Source: a virus | Lineage: Duplodnaviria; Caudoviricetes | Virus record (IMG/VR): IMGVR_UViG_3300029288_003882 | Coordinates: 1 to 64,000 of that record | Strand: one strand, 5' to 3' | Length of the DNA stretch: 64,000 nt | Shown here: positions 37,718 to 46,817 of the stretch, in pieces | Layout: each line of letters starts with the position of its first letter | Numbering within the stretch: the first letter of the stretch is position 1 | Notes under the pieces: model-generated | Databases searched by the model: none | What the model saw: the letters and a program-made list of their open reading frames with translations, nothing else | Told to the model about the DNA's origin: nothing | Program-made: the position numbers and the translations under genes

Positions 37718-38764
37718 TTACAAAGTTCCAGGTAATACGTTGATTATCTGGCATATCGCAGCGAGGTACCGCACGTTGAAAGCCATGTCCTCTTTCGGGA
37801 CGAGGATGATCTGGTCTTTCGTCGGCTCGTCGTCTATCTCAATGGTGAACTTGCGCTCAGCCATTGTCGGGTTGCCGATTATGGGCGACCTCTTGTTGAC
37901 GACAAGCACAACGGTGCGGTTGTCGGCGGTCGTGCCGGAGCCTTGGTTCCTGGCGACGCCCGTGGAATCGAGTGTGTCGGGTATGAGGGACGTCCCGATG
38001 ACGGTCATACCGAACAACTTGCCTATCTCGCCCGTCAGTACGGTCGCCTGCGGACCATACTTGTCAAGCGTCTTGAGTTCATCCCATCCGAGGATGACGG
38101 TCTCGACCGAGGTCGATACGATCATGACAAGGTCGGTTTTCTTCTTGCCATACTTTCCGAGAGCCGCGAGAGCCTTGCGGACGTGGGTGCTGGTAAGCGA
38201 AGCGCCAGAGGCGTTCACGCTTGCGCCGCCGTTAAGCGCATAGTACCGCAGTCCTTTGAGCTCCAGCCTTGGGTCACGGGTAACTATCCCGTCGGGGAAG
38301 TTGGTGATGTTGTATGCGCCGTTGATGTTGCTTGCCCCAGCGGTTGTGTCGCCGTTTACGAAGACATCCTCTTCGGTCTCTGCAACCGAATCCTTTATGT
38401 CGCCTTCGATGGCGGGCATCAAGGTGGGAACCGCATACGCCAGAGTCTTGCGGTCAATCGGAGCATTTCCGATTATTGTCTTCATCGACAGTTCTACCTC
38501 GTCCGTGGACTGCCTGGATTCCGTTGCAGCCGTACCGACGTAGCCCGTGGTTCCTTGCATCGTAATGCCTGCAGTGAACTTCGGGATTTTCAGGGTCTCG
38601 GTCGTCATGTTGACTGACTGGAATGTGTTCCTTACCCAAGACTCCTCCCATACCTGCATGATGATTTCTTCCGAAACCTCTGTAGGTAGCATCTCAGCGC
38701 CGTAGCCGGTTGTGCCATCGAACGCTGTCTTTATCTCTTCAACACCTGGTATTTTCTGGGACAT
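37718..38764 (-). CDS. major capsid protein (HK97 fold)
   Basis: GAEMLPTEVSEEII, KIP, E...F..GD, GEIGKLFGMTV pattern; AGGTGA SD before ATG 38764. Confidence 0.9.
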   Translation of the reverse strand: MSQKIPGVEEIKTAFDGTTGYGAEMLPTEVSEEIIMQVWEESWVRNTFQSVNMTTETLKIPKFTAGITMQGTTGYVGTAATESRQSTDEVELSMKTIIGNAPIDRKTLAYAVPTLMPAIEGDIKDSVAETEEDVFVNGDTTAGASNINGAYNITNFPDGIVTRDPRLELKGLRYYALNGGASVNASGASLTSTHVRKALAALGKYGKKKTDLVMIVSTSVETVILGWDELKTLDKYGPQATVLTGEIGKLFGMTVIGTSLIPDTLDSTGVARNQGSGTTADNRTVVLVVNKRSPIIGNPTMAERKFTIEIDDEPTKDQIILVPKEDMAFNVRYLAAICQIINVLPGTL

Positions 38765-38798
38765 ATGTTTCACCTTTTTGGTTTTTCCGTTTCGATCT

Positions 38799-39230
38799 TT
38801 ATGAAGACGGTTTCCTTGAGTATCGGGCAAGTGTCTTCGACATCTTGCGGTAGGCTTCTTTCTTCTTGTCGCTCACGTTCATGTGGGCGAACTCGTCGGA
38901 CTTGGGTGTCGTTGCGTCGTCCTCGTTGCTTAGGGATTTCTTCTTGGGCGGTGCGTTCTTTGCCGCTGCATCTACCTGCTCGCGGACTTTCTTCTCGTTC
39001 TCAAGTTCTACGATCTTGGCTTCGAGCTCCTTTATCTTCGCATTGAGCGGGTCTGCGGTCGTCTTGATGACGGTCGCAATCTCTTCCGCCTTCTTGCGTT
39101 CGTCTTCGGCAGCCTTGAACTTTGCAAGCGTTTGCTCTTGCTCGGCAATCTTCGCCTGCATCTCTGTGACCTTCTTCTGTGCATCGTCAACAGGTGACGG
39201 CGCTTGAGTTTTGTTATCGTTTTCGGACAA
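38799..39230 (-). CDS. nested in-frame scaffolding protein (143 aa)
   Basis: GGTGAAAATA-TTG at 39230, in frame (codon 351), 46 nt downstream of an internal late-promoter copy; coiled coil. Confidence 0.62.
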   Translation of the reverse strand: MSENDNKTQAPSPVDDAQKKVTEMQAKIAEQEQTLAKFKAAEDERKKAEEIATVIKTTADPLNAKIKELEAKIVELENEKKVREQVDAAAKNAPPKKKSLSNEDDATTPKSDEFAHMNVSDKKKEAYRKMSKTLARYSRKPSS

Positions 39231-40280
39231 TATTTTCACCACTTCTTTATTTGCTGGTAAGTTATTTAGCGGTTTTGTGTTAATATTAATACCGTCCACC
39301 GTTTCTGGTTGTGCCTTTATTTCCTGTTTCTTGATAGGTGGACCCGTGCAACCTTTTATCACCAGCATTACCTCCTCCTCTTCGTCTTCGGCGTCGTCTT
39401 CGTCTTTCGATGAAACGTTCTCGGTGGAATACTTGTATGTACCGTAGTCATCGGTAAATTTGGGCTTCAATGCGTCTATCAAGCCCTTCCATTGTGCGCC
39501 TTCGATTTCGGCATCCCTGTTTGCAGGTGAATCGACGACAGATATTTCCACCAGCCTTATCTTCGTGTATCGCCAATAACACTTGTCCTTCTCGGGGCAA
39601 TATTGTTCTACCTTTTTCACCATAAATCCGATAGAAAACGCCCGCAACGTTCCAGAGATGATCTTCTTTATGATGTCTATTTCGGTGGCGTCGATTTGCA
39701 TTTGTGCCCGAACCGTCTGGTTTACCTTCCAGATTTTTAACGTCTTGCCTATGGGGTTGGCTTGATGCATATATCGAACGGTCGGGAACTTCATATAGAA
39801 GTCTATACTTTCTATGATTGCGTCAGGCAATACAATCTCTTCGTATGTATCGACGCTTTCGGAAGATATGATGCCTTCGATTATGAGGTCTTTGCCCTCC
39901 ACGTATTCATCAACCTTCGGTGCCATTTCCTTGACGATACGATATATCATGTTCGAAGTTCTACCCTTAAAACTTTCGAACGATTTTGGCACAACGACCT
40001 TCAAAGATTTCAAATCAAATCCGTGGTCGGTAATCCAAGTTTTTATCTTGTCTTCTGACCAAGAATATTTATCTTCCGTGCTGAAACGGATTGATTGTTC
40101 GGTGATCTGGTCGGGGTTAGACTTCAATGCACCGCCAATCGCCCGTATTCCTTCTTTGTTATACGGGTAATTACCGTCGTCTTTCGTTGGCTTTGCGGGC
40201 CAGATTTGCTTCATCCATTCGAACTTTCCAGGCTCCTCTACCCGTGCTCTCCATTCTGATGGCTTCTTTTCCAATGGCAT
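38799..40280 (-). CDS. prohead protease (HK97-like) with N-terminal extra domain and C-terminal scaffold coiled coil
   Basis: IEGIISSE.VD, YMHQ..PIG, LRAFSIGF, LVEISVVDSPAN. Confidence 0.9.
   Translation of the reverse strand: MPLEKKPSEWRARVEEPGKFEWMKQIWPAKPTKDDGNYPYNKEGIRAIGGALKSNPDQITEQSIRFSTEDKYSWSEDKIKTWITDHGFDLKSLKVVVPKSFESFKGRTSNMIYRIVKEMAPKVDEYVEGKDLIIEGIISSESVDTYEEIVLPDAIIESIDFYMKFPTVRYMHQANPIGKTLKIWKVNQTVRAQMQIDATEIDIIKKIISGTLRAFSIGFMVKKVEQYCPEKDKCYWRYTKIRLVEISVVDSPANRDAEIEGAQWKGLIDALKPKFTDDYGTYKYSTENVSSKDEDDAEDEEEEVMLVIKGCTGPPIKKQEIKAQPETVDGININTKPLNNLPANKEVVKILSENDNKTQAPSPVDDAQKKVTEMQAKIAEQEQTLAKFKAAEDERKKAEEIATVIKTTADPLNAKIKELEAKIVELENEKKVREQVDAAAKNAPPKKKSLSNEDDATTPKSDEFAHMNVSDKKKEAYRKMSKTLARYSRKPSS
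39276..39297 (-). promoter_or_regulatory. late promoter motif, copy 2, inside protease CDS
   Basis: Minus strand GGACGGTATTAATATTAACACA, 21/22 identical to copy 1. Confidence 0.68.
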
Positions 40281-40293
40281 AATTTCACCTTCT

Positions 40294-40719
40294 TTATGTG
40301 TTTTGATTGCTATTTGATTTTTCGGTTTCCTCTTTTAGTATCTTGTCTATTGCAACTAAATTTAATTCGATTAACTTGGCTTGGTTTTTCTTGACTGCAT
40401 CATGCAAGAAAAATCTTCCAGGAAAAAATGAAGTTCCTAATTCCTGGTAGGTTGCGTAATCCACGTTTGTGCCTGGACCTCCGAATTTCACGAAGATGGT
40501 TCCCATTTCACGACCAGAACCTACCTCCGCTTCAAGCCTTCCAGATCGCCGTAATGCGCCCGATTTTACAGGTGCATTTAACTTGGCGTCCTTTAGTATC
40601 AACGAAGCGACGTTTTTTATTTGCTTCATAGATTCTTTGGAGATTCTGCTTTCCATTTCCTTTAATGCATCTTTGACCTGCTCGCAATTTTCAGACGTGC
40701 CCCATTTTTTGACGCTCAT
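40294..40719 (-). CDS. HK97 gp10-like neck/tail completion protein
   Basis: APVKSGALRRS, YATYQELGT...GRFFL..A. Confidence 0.85.
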   Translation of the reverse strand: MSVKKWGTSENCEQVKDALKEMESRISKESMKQIKNVASLILKDAKLNAPVKSGALRRSGRLEAEVGSGREMGTIFVKFGGPGTNVDYATYQELGTSFFPGRFFLHDAVKKNQAKLIELNLVAIDKILKEETEKSNSNQNT

Positions 40720-42945
40720 TTAATCACCCTCCTCCTCGTTAGGTTCTGGCGTCATATCACCGCGGCAAAACGGGTGGGCAGGTATGACATCTTCGGCTTC
40801 CTCTGCAGGATATATCCAGTTATTGTGTTCAAGACAGTCAGGATTGGTAACATCGTCTTCGGTCTCAATGCGTCTAAAATTCTTAAAGCCCATTTGCACA
40901 TGTCCGCGCATGTGACCTTCGACGACGAAACGGGCGGTCTCGGTAACTACCACTCGTTCATACATCCATCTGGGAAATCCTTCGCTTTCAGGATTTAAGA
41001 AGTCTTCGAATTCTCTTACCGTCTTTTGCCAATTCCAATGATTATCTGCCGATTGATCTAAAATATCCTTTAATGTATTTTTATAATTATAAGGTGTTTC
41101 GTCCGTTGTCAAGCGTTCGAACATCGGGGGGAAATATTCGTTTTGCAAGTAGTCAAGAACCGCTTTATCTGGTTCGTTGAACGATATACCCATACCTGCA
41201 TCGCCCATAATCCACTTCATAGTGTCTTTGAAGACCTGTTTGGTGGGCTTTTTTAGACCGTCCACGCCTTCGCTTGATGCATCTTCCAGAGTTACTTCGA
41301 AATCACGATACATTTTCTCATAGTCTTCAGGCGACGGATAATCCAAATCATTCGCTCTAATGCCCATTTTTATCTTCTTGACATCACGCATTAAATTCTC
41401 ATAAAGCGTGGATGCAAAAGTTCCTAAAAGATACTTGCGTATGATAGGCGCTTTTATGTCTTTGAAGCGGTCAAGTCTTTTAATAAAGTTAAGTTGTTCT
41501 TTCGATGGACGTCCTTTTGCGGGATATGGTTTGACTTTTGGGTTTTTTTTTTGGATTACCTTTTTGCGATATGGGAAATATTTATCGACGACGATGCCTT
41601 CCTCTTGTTGATCACCTTCATCGATATTATCCCCGTCTTGCATATCTGGCGGAATTTCGCCCTGTTTTGCAAGTATCGACGGGCTTGGATATCGAACGTC
41701 ATCCGCCCAAGGTTCGTCAATTCTTGCCACCTCGAATAATGACCTTGCCTCATTGACGCTTAAAAACCCTTCCTGTCTTCCGATACGGCAGGCATTTGCG
41801 TTCTTTGCCCGTGCTTCGCTTTCAGTTTTTATTTGCTTCGGGCGTAATGTGTTAAACTTGAAATCCCAGTCGGTGCATCCCATCTCGGTAATTATGCCGT
41901 TGTAAATCGCCTTTTCAATCTTTCTTTGTATGCGCTCAATGATGTCGTAATAGGTATCATCCTGATTATCGGCATCACCCAATTTTCCGGGTGTTGCCAG
42001 TCCCATCTTCGTCGGTGGAATCCCGAAAACGGAACAAATCTCTTCCCGATAATATGCAAGCGTTTCTAAGAATTTACCAGATTCGGCACTGTCCATAAGT
42101 TTTTGCAATTGAAAGCCATTCGGCACATTTACCATAATCATGCCGTATGGATTTTGGGCGACGTTTAACTGGTCACGAACTAAGGTAATCAATCTATCCA
42201 TCTCATCTGGGTCATAATCGCCGGCGTTTATTATCGTCTTTGGGATTGCGCCCTTATACAACTTGCCCATATAGCCAGTTAAGTTGATTTGTCCAGCAAT
42301 GACATTAAGCAACGACGTTAACGGCGATTGCCCGTTAGTTCGCCCTTTCTTGAATCTTGTTGTTCGGATGATCTTGCGGGCATTGAAGTATACTGATGCA
42401 CCGTGGACCGTTTGTTGATAACACATTTCTTCTGGGTCGGTGCTTAATTGCCCCGTCTTGTTGTTTGCAAGGATGAACATTGTTGAGCCGTCGATATGAA
42501 AGATTCCGACCAGATCACCGCCGAACCAGTTGTAATTGTTTTTCGAATCTTCGACATCGTTCGTTCCAACCTTTTCCCAAAATGCATCACCGTATAGTAT
42601 CAAGTCATAGACGAAATTTTCCAACCATTCGTCTGATACGTCGTCGGGATTAGGTTTTGAAAAGAATTTATTGAGCCTATCCAATTGTTCTGGACTCGGT
42701 TCTTTTACACCTACATGAGGCTTGAATTTATGACCGGCATTTGCTATGTCGTCAGTCATATGGCGGAGTATCCCATCTACCGTTTCCGAGCCGTTTGCAA
42801 CCTTTCTTAATAGTGAACGTTCAACGTCGGGTTTAACCGCCGAACCTTCTTGCCAATATGAACTCCCAAAATCAGCAAGCGACGCAACGGCTTTTACCGA
42901 GAACTTATGTGCTTCTTTCGGTTTCTGTTCTTGGGATAATGTCAT
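40720..42945 (-). CDS. portal protein fused to MuF/gp7-like head morphogenesis domain
   Basis: LILYGDAFWE, GQSPL, ICSVFGIPP (portal); TETARF...C......HPFCR (MuF). Confidence 0.88.
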   Translation of the reverse strand: MTLSQEQKPKEAHKFSVKAVASLADFGSSYWQEGSAVKPDVERSLLRKVANGSETVDGILRHMTDDIANAGHKFKPHVGVKEPSPEQLDRLNKFFSKPNPDDVSDEWLENFVYDLILYGDAFWEKVGTNDVEDSKNNYNWFGGDLVGIFHIDGSTMFILANNKTGQLSTDPEEMCYQQTVHGASVYFNARKIIRTTRFKKGRTNGQSPLTSLLNVIAGQINLTGYMGKLYKGAIPKTIINAGDYDPDEMDRLITLVRDQLNVAQNPYGMIMVNVPNGFQLQKLMDSAESGKFLETLAYYREEICSVFGIPPTKMGLATPGKLGDADNQDDTYYDIIERIQRKIEKAIYNGIITEMGCTDWDFKFNTLRPKQIKTESEARAKNANACRIGRQEGFLSVNEARSLFEVARIDEPWADDVRYPSPSILAKQGEIPPDMQDGDNIDEGDQQEEGIVVDKYFPYRKKVIQKKNPKVKPYPAKGRPSKEQLNFIKRLDRFKDIKAPIIRKYLLGTFASTLYENLMRDVKKIKMGIRANDLDYPSPEDYEKMYRDFEVTLEDASSEGVDGLKKPTKQVFKDTMKWIMGDAGMGISFNEPDKAVLDYLQNEYFPPMFERLTTDETPYNYKNTLKDILDQSADNHWNWQKTVREFEDFLNPESEGFPRWMYERVVVTETARFVVEGHMRGHVQMGFKNFRRIETEDDVTNPDCLEHNNWIYPAEEAEDVIPAHPFCRGDMTPEPNEEEGD

Positions 42946-42975
42946 AATAGTTAATTAAAATCACGTACCCAAATT

Positions 42976-43006
42976 AAATATCTATTGTATTAAAATTAAT
43001 ACCGTC
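42976..43006 (-). promoter_or_regulatory. late promoter motif, copy 3 (portal operon)
   Basis: Minus strand GACGGTATTAATTTTAATACAATAGATATTT. Confidence 0.75.
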
Positions 43007-43015
43007 GGTTGGATG

Positions 43016-43091
43016 TTGTCATTCCGTGCGCCATTTTACAAAATCTATATATATGGATAATGCGTTATACTATACGGAAGTTGGTCAAATG
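43016..43091 (+). promoter_or_regulatory. early promoter motif, copy 1
   Basis: TACAAA..TATATATA..TATACTATACGGAAGTTGGTCAAATG, homologous to 53297 and 56233. Confidence 0.7.
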
Positions 43092-43448
43092 GACGCAACA
43101 ATGAAAGAAGACATCAAGCAACGCATACAAAAAGACTTTGAGACGATTGCGAACTTTTACGGTGGCGACGCTTCGACAATCACGATAAAAATACATTACG
43201 TTGAACCGTGGCTTTTGCAATCTTCGGGACGATATGTTGCATCAAAGAATCTTATGCACATTTCGATACCCGATAATGTCGAATTCGTAAAAAATAATTA
43301 TCTTAGGATACGCAAGACGTTAACGCATGAATGCATACATCATTTTGAAAAGTTGCATCATGATAATGTCGGTTACAAAGTTGGGTTTTATTCGGGTGAC
43401 AAAGACGTTTATACGATTTTGATTCTTGCAAAAATCTGGAGGAATTAG
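43089..43448 (+). CDS. HExxH zincin-like metallopeptidase domain
   Basis: SGRY...RKTLTHECIHH; start set by conserved promoter-leader motif. Confidence 0.7.
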   Translation: MDATMKEDIKQRIQKDFETIANFYGGDASTITIKIHYVEPWLLQSSGRYVASKNLMHISIPDNVEFVKNNYLRIRKTLTHECIHHFEKLHHDNVGYKVGFYSGDKDVYTILILAKIWRN

Positions 43449-43598
43449 ATGGGATATTTTCGAAATTGGTATACGTTGTCCTGCGATTGCGGGTTTAGAT
43501 GTTATGAGAAGTATCGAAGTAATGCGAACGTTAAAAGGCGAAAGGGCAAATACTATTGCCCAACGTGCAACAAAGAACTATCAAAGGAGGAATATTAA
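43449..43598 (+). CDS. 49-aa zinc-ribbon microprotein (SprT-ribbon-like), absent from ORF track
   Basis: Hand translation MGYFRNWYTLSCDCGFRCYEKYRSNANVKRRKGKYYCPTCNKELSKEEY; GGAGG SD. Confidence 0.7.
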   Translation: MGYFRNWYTLSCDCGFRCYEKYRSNANVKRRKGKYYCPTCNKELSKEEY

Positions 43599-43834
43599 TG
43601 AAATACACAATATACCACGAAGTTGATGATTTATGGACAATCATCGACGAGAACGTTAAAAGAGTGGGCGAATATCTCAAAAAGGGCGAAGTTGCAAACT
43701 GGATTTCCAAGAACTTCAAACCTGGCGACGAAATCGAATGGGAAGAAAAGAAGAAAGAACCAGCACCAGAAGAACCTTGGACAGAAGATCGAACGAACAA
43801 ACTTATCAAGACGATAAAGAACCTTGGGAGGTAG
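43598..43834 (+). CDS. hypothetical early protein
   Basis: GGAGG SD, TAATG overlap. Confidence 0.65.
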   Translation: MKYTIYHEVDDLWTIIDENVKRVGEYLKKGEVANWISKNFKPGDEIEWEEKKKEPAPEEPWTEDRTNKLIKTIKNLGR

Positions 43835-43838
43835 GTAA

Positions 43839-44186
43839 ATGAAAGCATACAACGAAATCGATTTAAGTCTTGACGTTCTTGTGGACGTCATGCGCGGACG
43901 TGCAGGCGGGTTAAGACCATCAAAGCCGTCAAAAAACGGTTTGCACCAGTATATCTGGCGGATGTGCAGGTTCCACTCAGGCAAGGATGTGACCATGCCG
44001 ATAATGTGCATCTACGATCTGGAAAGATGGCTTAAGGAAAACGATTACGATTATTCCGTTTGCTTCAAGCCTACACCTGAAGCGCAAGCGTTCATGAAGA
44101 CACTCGATACCGTAATCGACCAGATTCTTGACAAGTTGAAAGAATCGAAATATGGCGGCGCAATAGCATGGGCAAAGGTGATATGA
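43839..44186 (+). CDS. hypothetical early protein
   Basis: GGAGGTAGGT SD, 115 aa. Confidence 0.7.
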   Translation: MKAYNEIDLSLDVLVDVMRGRAGGLRPSKPSKNGLHQYIWRMCRFHSGKDVTMPIMCIYDLERWLKENDYDYSVCFKPTPEAQAFMKTLDTVIDQILDKLKESKYGGAIAWAKVI

Positions 44187-44539
44187 TGTTTCCACACGAA
44201 TACAGAAAAGCAATGAAGGAACTTGATGACGAAGAGAACGAACTGCGAGCAGAGAAGGAAATAACCGTTGCGAAGATGAAAACGGACCCGACCGCATTCA
44301 GAAAAAAGGTAGTCAAAGACATCAACCACAAATTGATGGTTTTGGCAAGGAAGAAATCGCAACTACCCCTTCCCGATGTTTACGTCAAGAAGAACAAACC
44401 GAAATCATCGACGATAACATCCACAGAATGTTTCTTCGATCTGGTTCCCTGCAATCACGAGTGGGTAAAGGCAAATCCAGGAACGTTCACTTGCACAAAG
44501 TGTGGCGAGGTAGAAAATGTCCCAGAGGTGAAAGAATGA
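44183..44539 (+). CDS. coiled-coil protein with C-terminal zinc ribbon
   Basis: CNHEW...CTKCG; GGTGA SD. Confidence 0.7.
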   Translation: MMFPHEYRKAMKELDDEENELRAEKEITVAKMKTDPTAFRKKVVKDINHKLMVLARKKSQLPLPDVYVKKNKPKSSTITSTECFFDLVPCNHEWVKANPGTFTCTKCGEVENVPEVKE

Positions 44540-44682
44540 AAACGAGAAAATCCATAGAACGAATCGTCATCGAAGAACTTATGAGACTTCATGACGACAA
44601 GATAGTTCTGAAGGTATGCGCCGATGTTTTCGGCTACGACAAGCGCAAAGTATCCGAAATAATGGGCAATATCAAAAGGTGA
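44536..44682 (+). CDS. 48-aa microprotein
   Basis: GAGGTGA SD, ATGA overlap. Confidence 0.55.
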   Translation: MKTRKSIERIVIEELMRLHDDKIVLKVCADVFGYDKRKVSEIMGNIKR

Positions 44683-44687
44683 TATTG

Positions 44688-45029
44688 ATGCCCAAAGACG
44701 TATCGACAAAAGAAACGATAATAAACTGGATGAAACGCTTGAAAGGGATACAACTAATGGACGAATTCACCATACACAATTTGGATATCGATTTCCAAGA
44801 ACTTGACCAAGAGACAATAGACTACTTGCATGAATGTGCAATCAATCAAAGGCAACGACGTCCCGCATCTTGCGAAGACGGGCAATGCCCCGTATCGGGC
44901 AAGAGTGACTTATGCAAGTTCCGTTCCTTATATTTCGGATGTAATGATTGCAACATATACAAAGGCAAGAAACATCTTTTAATCGATAACGTTGGTGATC
45001 ACCAAAAGAAGCGACGACACAAATCTTAA
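44688..45029 (+). CDS. Cys-rich hypothetical protein
   Basis: AGGTGA SD; C..GQCP....CKF....GCNDC. Confidence 0.6.
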   Translation: MPKDVSTKETIINWMKRLKGIQLMDEFTIHNLDIDFQELDQETIDYLHECAINQRQRRPASCEDGQCPVSGKSDLCKFRSLYFGCNDCNIYKGKKHLLIDNVGDHQKKRRHKS

Positions 45030-46693
45030 CCTACGGTCCATACCTTAATTTCCTTCTTTCTTGCGAATTTAAGCCCGATCAGGCAATAGACTGCGGTATG
45101 CAAGAAGTGGTCCGGTCCGCTTCGCCCATATCTCGTATAGACATCTTTTGCCTTATAGGATTTGTCACCTAATTTTATTTCGAAATCACTTAATAGATTC
45201 GTGAAATGAGGTATGGCATCCTCCATAACCTCACGAGAAGTTGGCGCATAAGGAAACGTTATCTTTTTGTTGTGTATTGCTTCGATGCACATTTCTATGG
45301 CTTGAGAACGATTGACGTTAAGGCGATAAATCTTATTGTTCTGGTCGTCTTTCTCTTTGTATTCATAGAACTTGTCCACAATCGTGATGCCGTATCTGCA
45401 ACCTTTGACTATATCAAAGAATATACTTTGAAGTTCTCTTACCTCTTTTTGCCCATATCCCCAGTCAACAACGGCATTTTGGATATTGAATCTTTGGAAA
45501 ATCTTGGCAATGTGGTCGATTTCTTCTTTTAACGTTCTATAAATCATAGTATCGACAAACTCCATATGCAAGACTTTCATGTTTTTATCCATCACCATAA
45601 TATGATGACCTTTGCCGCAGTCCATCCCGAAAACGTTTCCAGGTTCTTCGCTTGAAAAGACATAATTCAATTTGTGATCACAGCAGTCCAGCATTTGGTC
45701 AACCGTTATCGGTCTCGTCCCACCAGAATACGACATTCCCCAAACTTCGTTTTCCCATAAGCGTTCGCTTTCGTATTCTTCTCTTGCTCTAATGATGTCG
45801 GTCGCCGTTATTTGTGGATGCATCATTTGGTGAGTGTGATAGCCTACAAAGTTTGCCTTTGCATGATCTTCGCAAGTTTCTACCCATCTTCCTGCAAGAA
45901 CGTTTAATACCGATTTGCATTCGATACAACCTTTATAGTATTCGTTTTCTTTATTTGGGTCTTTCATGACGTTTTCTTTTTGCAAGAACTGGCGACGACC
46001 ACATTTTTTGCATTGGACTTCCCATTCGTTTTTGGTGGACTTTTCCCACATCTCATCGAATTCGTCACCCTTATCTCTTGCAGTTCCTGCCATTAAAAAC
46101 CATTTATGAGGTGATAATCTAATTATTTCTTTGACTTTGGGAAACCATTTGCGCTTCATATCTTGAACTTCGTCAACGACACAAAAATCACCCGCTAAGC
46201 CCAACAATGCAACGGCGTCGCCCCATGCAGAATACATATAGAGATGATTATACAATTTTCTATCGTTATCAACAATAAATCTTTTATGTGAAATGCTGGA
46301 GGGCTTTTCGAGATATGCGTCAATCGTACCGTTTACAGAACTATTTATCGCATCGTCGAGTCTTTCTGTGGAAAATACGTTGACCTGTTTCGATCTTGCG
46401 ATTGTATAAAGCGATACAAAATATTCCAAAACCAAATCAGATACGAGCAACAAGTTGCATATCGTTTCTGTTTTTTCCATTTTTCTTGAGGATTTCCATA
46501 CAACGGTTTTTGGTTTGTATGGTACGAATTCGTGATAAATCGCCCTAAGGTATGGGCGTTTGTCTAATGAAAATGGTTGCCCCTTTATCGTTCTAATTGT
46601 TTCGGCAAAAACGTCGAAGTTTTCGGTTAAGAAGTCAAGTTCCTCCGAGGTGAATTGCTCGGGCTCTGAAGATATTATTTCCGGACCTGTCAT
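45026..46693 (-). CDS. terL: terminase large subunit (GpA-like)
   Basis: KSSRKMEKTE, VVDEVQD, AGT coupling motif, CKKC..C.EC Zn motif, FGMDCG RuvC-like, DH.LH. Confidence 0.9.
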   Translation of the reverse strand: MTGPEIISSEPEQFTSEELDFLTENFDVFAETIRTIKGQPFSLDKRPYLRAIYHEFVPYKPKTVVWKSSRKMEKTETICNLLLVSDLVLEYFVSLYTIARSKQVNVFSTERLDDAINSSVNGTIDAYLEKPSSISHKRFIVDNDRKLYNHLYMYSAWGDAVALLGLAGDFCVVDEVQDMKRKWFPKVKEIIRLSPHKWFLMAGTARDKGDEFDEMWEKSTKNEWEVQCKKCGRRQFLQKENVMKDPNKENEYYKGCIECKSVLNVLAGRWVETCEDHAKANFVGYHTHQMMHPQITATDIIRAREEYESERLWENEVWGMSYSGGTRPITVDQMLDCCDHKLNYVFSSEEPGNVFGMDCGKGHHIMVMDKNMKVLHMEFVDTMIYRTLKEEIDHIAKIFQRFNIQNAVVDWGYGQKEVRELQSIFFDIVKGCRYGITIVDKFYEYKEKDDQNNKIYRLNVNRSQAIEMCIEAIHNKKITFPYAPTSREVMEDAIPHFTNLLSDFEIKLGDKSYKAKDVYTRYGRSGPDHFLHTAVYCLIGLKFARKKEIKVWTVG

Positions 46694-46817
46694 CTTTCAC
46701 CAGATTGCCGCAGTCGGGGCATTCAAGATATGCCCCTTTGCTATTATGAACTTTTCGCCTACCACAAACATAGCACATAATACTCGGATTGGAATATCCA
46801 CGTTTAAACCGGTTCAT
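46635..46817 (-). CDS. zinc-ribbon microprotein
   Basis: CYVCG...CPDCG; overlaps terL start. Confidence 0.55.
   Translation of the reverse strand: MNRFKRGYSNPSIMCYVCGRRKVHNSKGAYLECPDCGNLVKDDRSGNNIFRARAIHLGGT

Noticed and set aside
37943-38617. Long antisense and alternate-frame ORFs (also 19812-20237, 23704-24177, 56301-57101, 58394-59101)
   Set aside because: They are shadows of well-supported genes with biased codon use, and have no SD or recognisable motifs.
38765-38830. Capsid start at 38830 or protease-capsid frameshift fusion
   Set aside because: Strong AGGTGA SD precedes ATG 38764 and no slippery sequence is evident.
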